Origin: Octopus sinensis
Lineage: Eukaryota
DNA: 64,000 bases
Reading direction: 5' to 3'
NCBI RefSeq assembly: GCF_006345805.1
Contig: NC_043012.1
Coordinates: 29,016,001-29,080,000, forward strand
Shown: positions 26,530 through 39,239 of the stretch, piece after piece
Layout: each line of letters starts with the position of its first letter
How positions within the stretch are numbered: the first letter of the stretch is position 1
Program-made: the position numbers and the translations under genes
The notes under the pieces: model-generated
Seen by the model: the letters and a program-made list of their open reading frames with translations, nothing else
What the model was told of the DNA's origin: nothing
Databases searched by the model: none

Positions 26530-29500
26530 TATATATGTATGTATGCATATGCACACACACACACTCTTTTATTTGATTCATATACTCAATTGAATCAGTC
26601 CCAGTACTTGACTCTTATTTTATTTTGTTCAACCTAAATTGACCTCGGCAGCATTTGCACTCAAAAACTAAGCAGTAAGTGCCGTACGAAGATCCTTCAT
26701 CGTTAAATTAATTCATCGAAGGTTTTATATTTATCAGAAGTGAACATTATTTCGATGAAATTGAAAGAATGCTGTTAAGATCTTCTATATTGAATACAAT
26801 TTAAAAGGTCGCCTTTGCAACGGTTGTCACAATTCTAATTGGGAAGATGCACTAAATAACGGAATAGTATTTATTAAAATGCCTGACTAGTTCATGTTAG
26901 CTATTCGTCATTAACCACCAGTGATTTGGTTCAATAATTGAAAGAGATTTTTTGATTTTTAATTTCAAGATAACTGATCTAGGTAAAGGTCTTCTTTTGA
27001 TTGTTCAATTCCGGGTATAAAATCAGTTTTATTAAGCATTTCAAATTCCACGTCATTTATTCCCCAAACAAGTGGGACTTCGAACGGCAAGGCTTAATGT
27101 ACTGTATTCATTTGAAATTTGCTGAGTAAAGTATAAATAAGAACGAGAAGAGATGTGAATATACAAAGAGGGAGAGAAAGAGAGAGAGAGAGAGAGTGCG
27201 TGAAAAGGGAAATAGCGAAGGTTAGAAGGAAAGAGGGAGAGTTAATAAAGAAAAAAAACTGTTCATAAAAATGTTCCTTTCTTAAAATTAAAAAGCCACA
27301 AGCAAGAGTCGATTACTGAAGTCGTTTGTCTTGGACAAAGATCTAAAGACAATTTTTTCTTCTTTCTTGCACTTTCAACATTGAAATCTCTTTTTCTTTT
27401 TTCATGATTTTTTCCCTTGTTGAATGTCTGTACTTCTACTGTGTCGCCAAACCAATGTCTGATGGCGGCGCCACCATTTCCCTTCTCCTTTGTTTCACCC
27501 ATACTACAATACTTGAATATATTTATTTATTTATCGGTTCCTTTTCTGTTGTTGGTTACAGTGAATTGTTTTCTATAGTCCTTTGAACAGATATTTATGT
27601 CTGTTTCATTTCATCATACGGTAAACATTTAGTACACAGCTTTATGTCAGAGGAGGGTTACTGTACACTTTTATATACTTGTGCATATCTTTATTGTTTC
27701 CCATGCAAAATAAATCATATAATCATGTTAAAATAAAATTACAAAAGCCAACGAGACAACACTTAGTAGGTACTCGACCTGCTAGAAAAACGACTAAATA
27801 ATTCTCAAATTATATACCACCTTCTTGAAAAAGCAAAGGACATATTACATAATATTATCCTTGATAGTCCTCAAAATGTGGGAATAATATTGAGCAAAAG
27901 TCTACTGGATCATAGTTGACTTGATGTTAAAATGCCACAACTCAGTTTCTCAAGTTTCTAGTTAACCTTTATCATTTTTTTTTCATTCTATACTTAGTCA
28001 TCACCAATCTTTGTTGTTGTTTAATCCAAACTCAACCCTCATCGAGCACACTTATGGTTACAAATGTTTCAGCTCTGGCCAAGAGAAATTTAGCTGTTGT
28101 TTCTAGTATCCAAGAGCATTATCATTGTTTGAAAACAAAGATAAAAAGGTCTTTAGAAATCAACAAATAAGATCACAAATAAGATAGGCACAGGAGGTGC
28201 GTGGAGATAAACGAAACCAAGTAGAGTTTAAAGACAAGAATGTGAGATTTTGAAATGAAGTATTTTGTCCAAAGACAGAGTGCTGAGTGGTCTTACAATT
28301 TTCAGTCTAACGGCCTATCACAAAGTCAGAGAAGTCAATTTCCATTGGGCGAATGAAGAAATAATATTGATTTCTTTTGACAAGATCAGTTACGACAATG
28401 AAAACAAAGATAAAGTTAAATGACCAATACTTTTTTGGTATTATTTGAGTGATCTTGGAACATTTCGTCCAGTTGAACTGAAATTGTCTTCGAACAATTA
28501 ACCCGGTCTCAACAGAATAATCTTGCAGCTTAAATTCATCTGGATTTAGATTTAGGTGGAAAATAATAAAATATTTTGTTAAATACACTTTTTACTCTTC
28601 CTTATAAAAAAAAAGATTAATAGTAAATGCTCTAAATTTTGTATAATTTATGATGTTTGGAAGCTATTTGTACAAAATTACGATTTGCGAAGTTTCTCTA
28701 ATGCGCATGTAGTCGGATAAATGAGAGTATCATGAAACAACGTTTGTCTATTAACGCTCCACATTCGAATGTCTAAAGGGCCTTGAATTGTGTGAAACAC
28801 CCACGAAGCCCAATGTGGCTTCATACAAAAGTTACAAATCTACTTATCTCAGACAAGTAGATTTGTAACACTTGAAATCAGTTTCACAATCAAGTGTTTT
28901 AGAGTTTGAACCCACTGCACAGTGCCTTCGGCAATCCATGCTGACATAAAAGCAAATACACCAACCCACACACATACACTTGCATTTATATACCTATGTA
29001 TATATATACTAGAATATCCATGAGGTCATATATACATACTTGCATGCGTATGTGTGTCTGTTTATTTTCTTTCTGTTTACATAATATTTTTTATCAGGCA
29101 CTTGAGTAGTAAAACTAACGAAGAGAGCCGAGTTCAACTCCTTTTAGGGACGTTAATGCACAAAGATGTTTGTTATCTTTATTTTCTATAATAAAGTTTG
29201 CTGTGTATTTATATACGCTAGCGGAACTCACAGAAATCCCACGATTTTTGCGAGTGAAAGATGAGAAGTCTTTGCTTGTTATTATGATAGTGGAGACGAC
29301 AGCAAATGATAGGCGAGAGAGAGGGAATAAAAAAGTAGAGAGAAGGAGAGAGAGAGAGAAAAGGAGAGAGAGATACGGACAAACTGTGATAGAGAAACAG
29401 AAGGAAAAAAGAAAGTGAGAGAGAGAGGTGGCGGAGGAAATGGAAGGAGTGAGGGAAAACGTTATTGCAAGTGTTAGTCGAGGTGGTTCGAGTGAAAGAC

Positions 29501-30564
29501 AGGAGAAAGAAAGTTACCCAAACGGAAATCTGACAAATCGATAGACGGGTAACCATACGCACAATTGCAAGCACAAACTTATATGCACACACACACACAC
29601 ACACACATGCACATAACATTGAAAGCTTGAACAGTTTGTTGTGATGATAACGGTGGTAGAGCGTTAATTAATGGAGGTGATGGTGGTTGCAAGTAGTAAG
29701 GAACTCGCGGCAAACGATTTGTTTAGTGGATTGAAATTTTCAGAAAATACCAAATAAATTCATTCATGTAGCTTACTACTAGTAATTCTATTCGCCGCCG
29801 CTGTCATTCCTCTGATGAAACACCAACAACAAATAACAGTCGGCATATACAACAAACAAGCATCGTCATCACCATTTACCATTATCATCTAGTTTCTGTT
29901 CTTTTGCGCTGAAATTCTCGTTTTCTCTCCCATTTTCTCTCATGTTTTCTTCTCTCTCTCTCTCTCTCTCTCTTTCTCATGTCTCTCTGCTTTCTCTTTC
30001 TCACTGAACCTCTCTCCGTTCACCGTTATCAACAACAACCTCACCGCCGATGCCATGACTCAACGGAGAAATGTTCAAAATGTATTCAGTAGTGCATGAT
30101 GCTGCGAATGTATTTGCGCGCACGCACACATACACTCAAACACAAACACACATAACTACAAATACTTATTCAAACATATATACAAACATATAATGAAAAC
30201 TTTAATAGTTTGTTGTGGTCACGATATGGTAGAGTGACAGTATTACTAGAGTGTTGGACAAAATGCCCGGCGATATTTTTCCAGTTCTGTACATTCTGGG
30301 TTCAAATCCTCTTGAGATGAGCTTTGTATTTCATCCTGTTAGTGCTAATTAACTGAAATACTGGTCAAGTGCTAAGTTGATGTTATCAACTGATTTCTCA
30401 CCTCCCCTCAGAAATGATGGTCTTGTGCCAATATTATAAGCACCATTAAATATGTTTATATCAAATATGCATATTTTAACACATGGAAATTTTAATATAT
30501 CGTTTCCGGAAATTCGTAATATTAATCCTGGGAAATATAGGTAAGGAAGCTTGATTCTCAACCA

Positions 30565-30672
30565 CGTACATGACACCTTTGGCGAATGTCCTCTACTATA
30601 ACTTCAGGCCGACCAAAACTTTGTGAGTGGATTTGGTAGATAGGTAGATAGAAACTGAAAGAAGCCCGTCAC
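30565..30672 (+). mobile_element. Fragment of a second SINE family (GACCAAAGCCTTGTGAGTGGATTTGGTAGA..GAAACTGAAAGAAGCCCGTC type)
   Basis: Matches reverse complement of 31980-32045 and of the 43065-43330 copy. Confidence 0.75.
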
Positions 30673-30673
30673 G

Positions 30674-30725
<52 letters not shown>

Positions 30726-30849
30726 TATATTTCTCCTCTCTTCACTCCTACCCACCTACTCTTTTCCCCCTCTCCCTTCATCATCACCCCTCCCTCGTAA
30801 CCCCACCCCACAAATCCAACCGCATTTTCCTATTCATCTTAACTCACCC

Positions 30850-31325
30850 CATCCTAGCCCTTACACCCACTCCCACACACCACCCCACACACCACTACAT
30901 CATACACCACCATGCCACACAACACCACATCACACCACCACGCACACACTAGCACTGACCACTTCCCAGCCCCATATCCAGACACGTACACATACACACA
31001 CGCACATGTCAAGGTCACCAGCCCTCTTCCACGTGCACATACGTGCTCTCTTACACACGCGCGCACCTTCGTTTTGGAATCACCACTACTTTATTATCTC
31101 CCCTTCTTCCTAGCTCTCCTGTGTGACCCTTCTGTCCGGCATTCGCAATGATAGATCGCTAGCCACTACACATTCTTTATTTTCTCTCTTTGTTTCTTTC
31201 TGTGGAAGAGCTTAGGCTCCAAACGTTCGAGACTTTTTCACTTCCTGAGCGTTAGACTAATACATATGTTTGTTGTCTACACCACCTGTCTTCGTCTTTT
31301 GTTTTTCTTGTGAATTCTCTCCTGC
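30850..31325 (+). mobile_element. Solo PLE 3' end/pLTR homologous to the tail of the PLE at 39240-41590
   Basis: Shared blocks CACACACTAGCAC(T/C)GACCACTTCCCAGC, GCGCACCTT..TTGGAATCACCA, GAGCGT..ACTAATACA; hammerhead-like motif at 31196-31231; ends in (TA)n. Confidence 0.75.
31196..31231 (+). ncRNA. Degenerate hammerhead-like motif, CUGUNGA core
   Basis: CTTT-CTGTGGA-A-GAGC-TTAG-GCTC-CAAAC-GTT-CGAG; G12 mutated to C. Confidence 0.4.
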
Positions 31326-31351
31326 ATATATATATATATATTATATATATA

Positions 31352-31390
<39 letters not shown>

Positions 31391-31751
31391 TCTATAAGAG
31401 AAAACACAATGCGTGGACGTGGAACAAGTATAGTATTATTGGACGCTCAGGAAAGAAGGAGGATTTAACGTTTCTAGCGGAGCTCTTCGTCAGAAATATA
31501 GGAAAAGGAAAGATTCAAAGAAGGGAAGACGGAGGAAAAAAATCGCCAACGGTACACAAGCGGTCACACACACACGCACACACATATATATATATATATA
31601 TAAATTAAGCACACACACACATGTGTGTGTGCTCACATGCGCGGGTGTTTTTTCTGTTTGTTCCCCCCCCTAACACCTGGTATTGGTGTGTTTACATCCC
31701 CATATCTTGGCCAAGAGTCACCCGACAGTAAATCATCATTCTGTAAATACT

Positions 31752-32091
31752 TAATTCTTTTATTCTTTTACTTATTTCAGTCATTCCACTGCGGCCATGC
31801 TGAAGCACCGCCTTTAGTTGAAGAAATGGACCCCAGGACTTCTTCTTTGCAAGCCTAGTACTTATTCTATCATTCTCCTTTGCTGAATCGCTAAGTTACG
31901 GGGCCGTAAACACAGCAATGCCGCTTCTCAAGCGATGGTGGGTGGGGGACAAACACAGACACACACACACGCACATATACGATGAGCTTCTTTCAGTTTC
32001 CGTCTACCAAAGGCTTTGGTCGACCCGAGGCTATAGTAGAAGACACACAGTGGAACTGAACCAGGAACCGTGGGGCTGAAAAGCTGAATGC
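31752..32091 (-). mobile_element. Near full-length copy of the second SINE family
   Basis: Sense: B-box-like GGTTCAGTTCCAC, TGTCTTCTACTATAGCC core, internal (GT)n, tail GGCGGTGCTTCAGCATGGCCGCAG..GACTGAAATAAGTAAAAGAATAAAAGAA. Confidence 0.85.
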
Positions 32092-32832
32092 TGTCAGTTA
32101 AAATCACCGTTGGTTTTTTTTTCAACATTTGTATATTTATTAGTGAAGTCTCATATAAAATATTTTTTTTGTTTTAATCTTGTAATTAAATAGTTTTGAT
32201 TTACTGCCAGGCGAGCTATTGGCCAGCCCTGTATACATGCATAGACGCGGGCATACATGCATTCACGCGTGTGCACACGTATTCACGCACACGCTTTTAT
32301 ATATGTATACACAACTTAATAAATACACTCACGCATAATAACATATATGTATGCACTCACACATGGGCATACGCGTACATACGCAAGCACACACACGATT
32401 CCATTGTTTATTTAGCAAATACATTTTTCTGTTATTATGACAAATAGGGGAATGAGAGAATAAGTGATGAGAGAAAGCAGCACTTGATGTAGAATATTCT
32501 ATACGCAAAATACACGACATTCTTCTTTCAAGGAAAGCATTAGTTTAATATTGTTTCCTTAAAGCAATATGAAGTATTTTTAGGTTGAAACTTTCTGTAG
32601 TAAAAGAGACATTCACTGTCAGCTAAATTTATCAGCAACGTAACCTGGTATGGCTTGTGAGAAACGGAGAAACATAACCCTCATTAGAAGTAAAAAAAAG
32701 AGACCCAATTACAGTAATACACACACTTGCAAACACACTAACTAAAAACAAACACCACTGTATGTATGTATATAAGTATGTATGTATGTATATAAGTATG
32801 TATGTATGTATGTATGTATGTATGTATGTATG

Positions 32833-32868
<36 letters not shown>

Positions 32869-32899
32869 ATTATATATATATATATACATACATACATAC

Positions 32900-33753
32900 A
32901 CGAGCTGGTTCAAAATGTTACCGGAATAGTTCTGTAGTGCACCAAAAAATGGTGCACGGTTGCGTGCGCAGTAAGAGCTTGTTGTGACCTTCATGAGGGA
33001 GTGTGCAGATTGAAATCGGTGTGTTTACTTCGCAAGTTGTAAAACTTGTGTTTTTGTGATCACATGTATGCTGTAGTCTGCGATTTTGTCATGGACAGGA
33101 ACAAAACCCAACATGAAATTTTACGTTAAACTTGAGGAGTCTGCTACAAAAACATTTGAGCTTGCTTCGGCAAGTCTACGGCGACGCGGCAATGGGTCGT
33201 ACCCGATGTTTCGAGTGGGACGGGCGCTTCAAACGCGGAATAATATCCCTGGAAGACGATGAGCGATCTGTAAAGCCACCACGAGCGTCACGGAAATGTA
33301 TTGTGCATGGAGATTTCGTCCCTGCAGTTCTACTGCGACATTTTAAAGCGTTTTGGGAGGACATTCGACGAAAGCGACCAGATCTGAGGAGCGCAAAGAA
33401 TTGTATTCTTCACGATGCAGTGCACCATGTCACCGATCTCTCCTCACTCGTGAGTTTCACGCCAAAACCAACATGGTATCGCTTCCGTACCCGCCTTATT
33501 CGCCAAAATTAGCACCCACAGACTTCCGTCTCTTCCCCAAGATGAAAATTTAGTTCAAAGCTCGCCGTTTTAATACCGTAGTCGAGATCCAGAGTGAATC
33601 GCTTACGGAAAACGACTTCCAGGCTGGATTCCAAAAGTGGCGGGAACGCTGGGGCCGGTGTATTGCCGCGCATGGTAACTATTTCGGAAGAGATAATGTT
33701 AAAACTTTTTTTATTAAACATAACTAGTCCGGGAACCTTCTCGCACATACAGA
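32900..33753 (+). mobile_element. Internally deleted mariner-like element
   Basis: RQVYGDAAMGRTRCFEW..RFKRG..SLEDDERS (HTH) fused to EDIRRKRP..ILHD, PYPPYSPKLAPTDF.LFPKMK, WRERWGRCIAAHGNYF; residual TIR GTTACCGGAATAGTT / AACTAGTCCGGGAAC. Confidence 0.88.
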
Positions 33754-34199
33754 CATACAGGACTAAACGTTTTTCCGTATCCCGGTACGTGTTTTTGTGA
33801 TTGCCTATGTGTATGAAGATGTGCACTCATTTATAAATACATATACACACAATATGTGTGTGTGTGTGTGTGCGTGTGTGTGTGTGTGTCTTTTTTGGAA
33901 GACACATTTTGCCAAGAAGGAAGCCATGCACTTATTATATTTGACTTCTTTACAACTTGTTATATAATGAACCAACTAATTAATCATACAATTGATCAAT
34001 CAACCGTTTTTTTTTTCTTTTTTGAACGCTCTTCCACCACTATTCGCAAATTCACGACCCGATCAATGACGTTGAAAATAGGACACAGTTGGAGTAAATA
34101 AGACTTATCGTTCATGATTACTAGAACGATTACACAAACAATTGATTAGTTAATTGGTTACTTAGATTAGTTAACTAGCTGACTAATGATAATATACAG

Positions 34200-34339
34200 A
34201 AATAAAACAGAATTTGTGTTTTCCTTACTAGGAAAATGACCCTCCCAAGATACAACATCTGTTTCAACGCACAATTCACATATGTGTGTGTGCGTGCGCG
34301 CGTGCGTGTGTCTGCCTGTATCTATCTATCTATAAACTT

Positions 34340-34371
<32 letters not shown>

Positions 34372-34538
34372 CTTTATCTCCGACAAAAACATCTTTCCAA
34401 GGACAGTTCCTTTTTAACCCTGACGAAGGGACTTGTATGTCCGGAAATATTGGATACCTATACGACCAAAGATTACCAGGTAACTTACTTTTAGTTTACG
34501 TTACCTCATTTTAAAATCTATTTTACATCTTTCAACGT

Positions 34539-34570
<32 letters not shown>

Positions 34571-34857
34571 GGATTTGGATAATAAAGCTATTTATTTAGA
34601 GATTTAGTTCCTTTCAGGGATTCATCGTGAATGATTCCGTATAGAAATATCATACCTAAGAAAACAAGTTCAACAAGTTTTTGTCGGAGATAAAGTAATT
34701 ATATATATATATATAAAGTTTATAGATAGATAGATACAGGCAGACACACGCACGCGCACACGCACACACACACATATGTGAATTGTACGTTGAAACAGAT
34801 GTTGTATCTAGGGAGGGTCATTTTCCTAGTAAGGAAAACACAAATTCTGTTTTATTT
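34200..34857. repeat. Inverted repeat (arms 34200-34390 and 34677-34857) with hammerhead-bearing spacer
   Basis: Arms are near-identical reverse complements including internal microsatellites. Confidence 0.9.
34415..34456 (+). ncRNA. Imperfect minimal type I hammerhead motif
   Basis: TAACC-CTGACGA-AG-GGAC-TTGTAT-GTCC-G-GAAATATT-GGATA; palindromic AATATT stem III; one mismatch each in stems I and II. Confidence 0.55.
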
Positions 34858-35059
34858 TTTCAACTGACGCACATGTATGTAAAACGTATGAATTTTCTGC
34901 AACAACTCTTTCACGTTGAATCCCTGAAAGAGGTGAAAGCGCAAGATAAATGATTTTTATTCAAATCCTGATTACCTGTTTTTCCTTAATATATATAATC
35001 AGTACACCTCTTCAAATAATCTATACACACATAGATACTTAACTACCTACTTACCTACC

Positions 35060-35173
<114 letters not shown>

Positions 35174-35686
35174 TGCATGTAAGTATTTGCACATCTTCAT
35201 CTGAAGAGTCTGGAAATAGTTCTTTTTGAGAGGAAGCATCTACCAAACTGTCACTTAAACATTGCATACCCAGAACATAGCATATCCAAAACATACCCCT
35301 ACACTTGCCAAACAGTTTAATCGCTCATTCTTTTTGAGGATATGCACTGAACACTCCAGTGTGTGCCGTTTCAGAGAAAGTTAATCCCTCTAATACAGCA
35401 AACTATAGTATTATCGCATTATGGAATTATGTGCTTTATTTATTTCTTTTCATTTGTCTAGCTCGTAAACATCTAGCGTCCTGCTAATTTGAAAACACAG
35501 ATTTTGTGGTAAGATAGTTTGACCTCTACTTTTAGCATACAAGGGATCCACATAGTGGTCTCTCCTATTGTTTATATTAATATAGTATTATCGCTTTCAT
35601 TTCTAATATCCTCAAGGCTTGTTGATGACTTGAGGCTCAAGCCATCAACAATAACGTTCTCCAACACCTTGGATTTCTTTATCTTG

Positions 35687-35832
35687 TTTCCACATCTGAT
35701 ATTACTTAGTTTCAGACGTAAGAACAAAATCTGATAAAGACCACAATAGCAGTCACAAACTGAAGAATAATAGGAACAAAAATATAAGACACTCTCTGAA
35801 GATGGTGAAGTTTTGAAAACCATGCACTGGCC
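35687..35832 (+). repeat. 146-bp direct repeat; second copy at 38043-38188
   Basis: TTTCCACAT..TTACTTAGTTTCAGACGTAAGAACAAAATCTGATAAAGAC..CTGAAGATGGTGAA..TGGCC; about 5 mismatches by eye. Confidence 0.9.
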
Positions 35833-37474
35833 TCTAAGTGGCTACTAATATAATCCTGTTAAGTTGTTTAGTCTCCGATCTCCAGATGGGTCGAAATTGG
35901 AACGTGATTGCAAGCAGGATCGACATTTTCATTCAGAAATAGTTTTTGAGGAAACTATTCTTGAAAAGGGATTGAGGTTGATAATTCATTAGTTGCTTCC
36001 GCTACCCATTAAATTTTGACCGTCATTTCACTCGTCTAATCAGGTTGGAGCGTCTGCTCTTTCGCGTGTGAAAGGAAAACGTTCCACTAATCATGCGGTC
36101 CATTAACTGTTTATATACTCTGGAGAGTAGGCTCGGAATGCCGTGCCTTCTTATGCGCTGATGCACAGATGTGCTGAGGCTGTAGCAACTACGGAGAGGA
36201 AGATATGATTCTCCTTTTCGACAATTTATTTCCCATAAAGGGCAGTAATATTGGTTCAAGTGAAGACCATGACTGGGTGCCTGGCCTCTGGAATGTTACA
36301 GAACGCTCACACCCTCCTACCACCCGTGTGAATGTGGTCAGCAGAACTTCCATGTCAGCGTTCTATAGGGAACCTGTGGTGGTTAGGAACGACAACATTT
36401 TCTAGGAAACCCTAGGCGTCAACGAGAATCAGCCGGCTGTTCGTTTCCAAATAACTTTCGACCTAGAAACTGCCAGAAATCCCCATCCTCTTAGCGCTTC
36501 ACGTTGACATTGATGGTTCGAGACAAACGCAACTGGTATAGGAGTGTCATTAGCATGGTTTATCCGAAGAGCAAGAAAACTGTTTTGTACGCATTCGTTT
36601 ACAGTTCGAGCATAAGTTTTGGAGTTTTGTCGAACAGTGGTTGTAGTGAGTGGAACAAATCTGTCTATCAATGGAGTCAAGCGGATAAATCATTCTGCCA
36701 CTTAAATTTATTCGAGAAGTGAAAGCACTTTTCTTCTGTCCGATGTCTATGGAGAAAAGGGTTGTCTAATGATCAAGATTAAAAGAATTGAAAACAAGCA
36801 GTTTCCACTTGGACAGGAAAATGAGGGTAGAGAGGGATGTGCTGCCCTTCTGTAAATTGTTTACAAAGTAAGTGACTGTAGCATTATATATAATACATTT
36901 GAACGGGCCTATTGTGAGGAAGTGGTTGTCCGGGGAATGAAATGATGGTCAAAGCCATCGAGATTGTATGGGGTTGCCTTTAGCTGACTCTAAATAGCTA
37001 TCCCAGCTATTGAGGAATTTTGTTGTTGCCTGTTATCACTTTTTAAATGTTACACACAAACCACTAATCATGTTTTGTATTTAATCCTTTATATATGTGC
37101 ATTTGTGTGTATGCATAAGTGAGTGTACACACACATACATATGTAACGTATGTATGTATGCACAATTATATGTATGTATGTACGTACGTATGCTTGTGTG
37201 TCAGAGCAAGTGTCGTGTCTGCGCGCGCGTATGTATGTACGTGTGCGCGTGTGTGCATGTGTGTGTGTGTGTGCATGTGTGTGTGTGTGTGGTGTGTGTG
37301 TGTGTGTGAACGTGTGTTAAACAATCGACGTTCTTTTATCTGAAGGATGTTTTCAACACCTAATGATAACCATATATTATTAGAATATTAGAGCGGCAAC
37401 AATTTATTCAATTTATCGAACACAAAATAGGGAGGTGGGAATTCCTACATTACTAACTATATAAAAAACACTTT

Positions 37475-37537
<63 letters not shown>

Positions 37538-39187
37538 ACACACACACACAACTGTATATCTTTTGCCACCATAAGGAGTGAGGTCTTTCTCAGAATGTGA
37601 ACACTTGCATGATGCGTAATAAGATCGTGGTCTTGAAATCAGAAGAACGAGTAGCAATGAATTAAATACTTCACAGTATTTAGCAATTGTTTTTTCTTTG
37701 TTTAACTTAAGTTTGTTATTTAAGATTTAACCTGACAGATTATTTTTTTTATGATATTTTTAGGGAGCAAAATAAAGATTCAGTGAAACCAATTAAATCC
37801 TCGTTTATGCCCTACATGATACAATCCTGGAAGTAAATTAAGAATATTAATGACAACATTACATCAAGGATATCCATTAATATGTGTTTATATTTCTCTT
37901 TCATTTTTATGATTTTTGTTTAGCGCAAATTCTGAGAAAATAAGCTTACCCCATTTAAGACATCATCTCAGCACGTCAGTGATAAAAACAAATCACAATA
38001 ACAACAATAACAACAATCATAACAACTACAACGCGTAAATCATTTCCACATTTGATATTACTTAGTTTCAGACGTAAGAACAAAATCTGATAAAGACAAC
38101 AATAGCAGTCACAAACTGAAGAATAATAGGAACAAAAATATAAGACACTCTCTGAAGATGGTGAAATTTTGAAAACTATGCAGTGGCCCCTTTAGAGGAA
38201 AGTCAAACAAGATGTATTAAGAATGTAAGAGAGAAGAAATAATACTGTGAGATTGACATTTCCTTCTTACACAAGCGTTTAATCTGTACAAATAGAACGC
38301 TGATAGTGTGTGTATGCCTTTGGATGTGATAGCGACGATGGTTTTCTTAAAGATTCCTATGACAAGCAAAGTAGAGGGGGGAGGAGAAACGGAGATAGAG
38401 CAGGAGAAGAGAGTAGATAAAAAAAAAATAGAGTAGGAAGCAAAAGAAAGCGAAGCGAGGAGAACAGGAATCTGCTAATAAGTTAATCCATTATCTTATG
38501 TTCAAGTGTTCTATAACGTTGAAAGATAAATCAATTCAATTATTCTTATGTTCTTTTCTTTTGTTCTTAGTACAAAATGTAAGAAATGATTATGGTCATA
38601 TGAACACAATCATTAGAGCGTCGATAAAATACTTGTAGTAGCTTATCAAGCACTTGTATTCTGAGTTCAAATCTCGCCGAAGTTCCGTGGTCAACTTTGC
38701 CTTCCATCCTTAAGGAGTCGATAAAATATGTATAAGCCAAGTACTAGGAGCGACGTAATGGACTACCTTTTTCCTCAAATTACTGAAGCCAAACATTTGA
38801 AACCCTTTATTATTTTCTTGTTCTTTGGTAGTTGTATGCGAGTATCTACTGCACTATGTGGTATACATATATACATCGAGACTTTCAGAGTATTGGCCGT
38901 GATATAGTCTCTCTCTTTCCATTCCTTCTTGAATATGTTTTACAATTTTCTTTCTATGTTTTTAAACGTCTATTTTCGTCTGACCATCCGTGTTGCATTA
39001 TCTAAATCTATTATCGTGTAGTCTGGTTCTGCTTTGTGTTTTATCGCATCCTCATGTATGGAGAAGAGTTTCTAGTTTTGTGTAGGGTCCTGTATCAAAC
39101 TGTTTTGAAAATGAATAATACATGTAACTCCTAATAAAGGTGTCGAGTGATTCTTTCTTTCGTTCTACTACTCATATGTGTGTGCTA

Positions 39188-39229
<42 letters not shown>

Positions 39230-39239
39230 TAGTTCAAAT

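Noticed and set aside
35792-35830. CTGAAGA followed by a TGGT/ACCA stem (also at ~38152)
   Set aside because: No GAAA after the stem.
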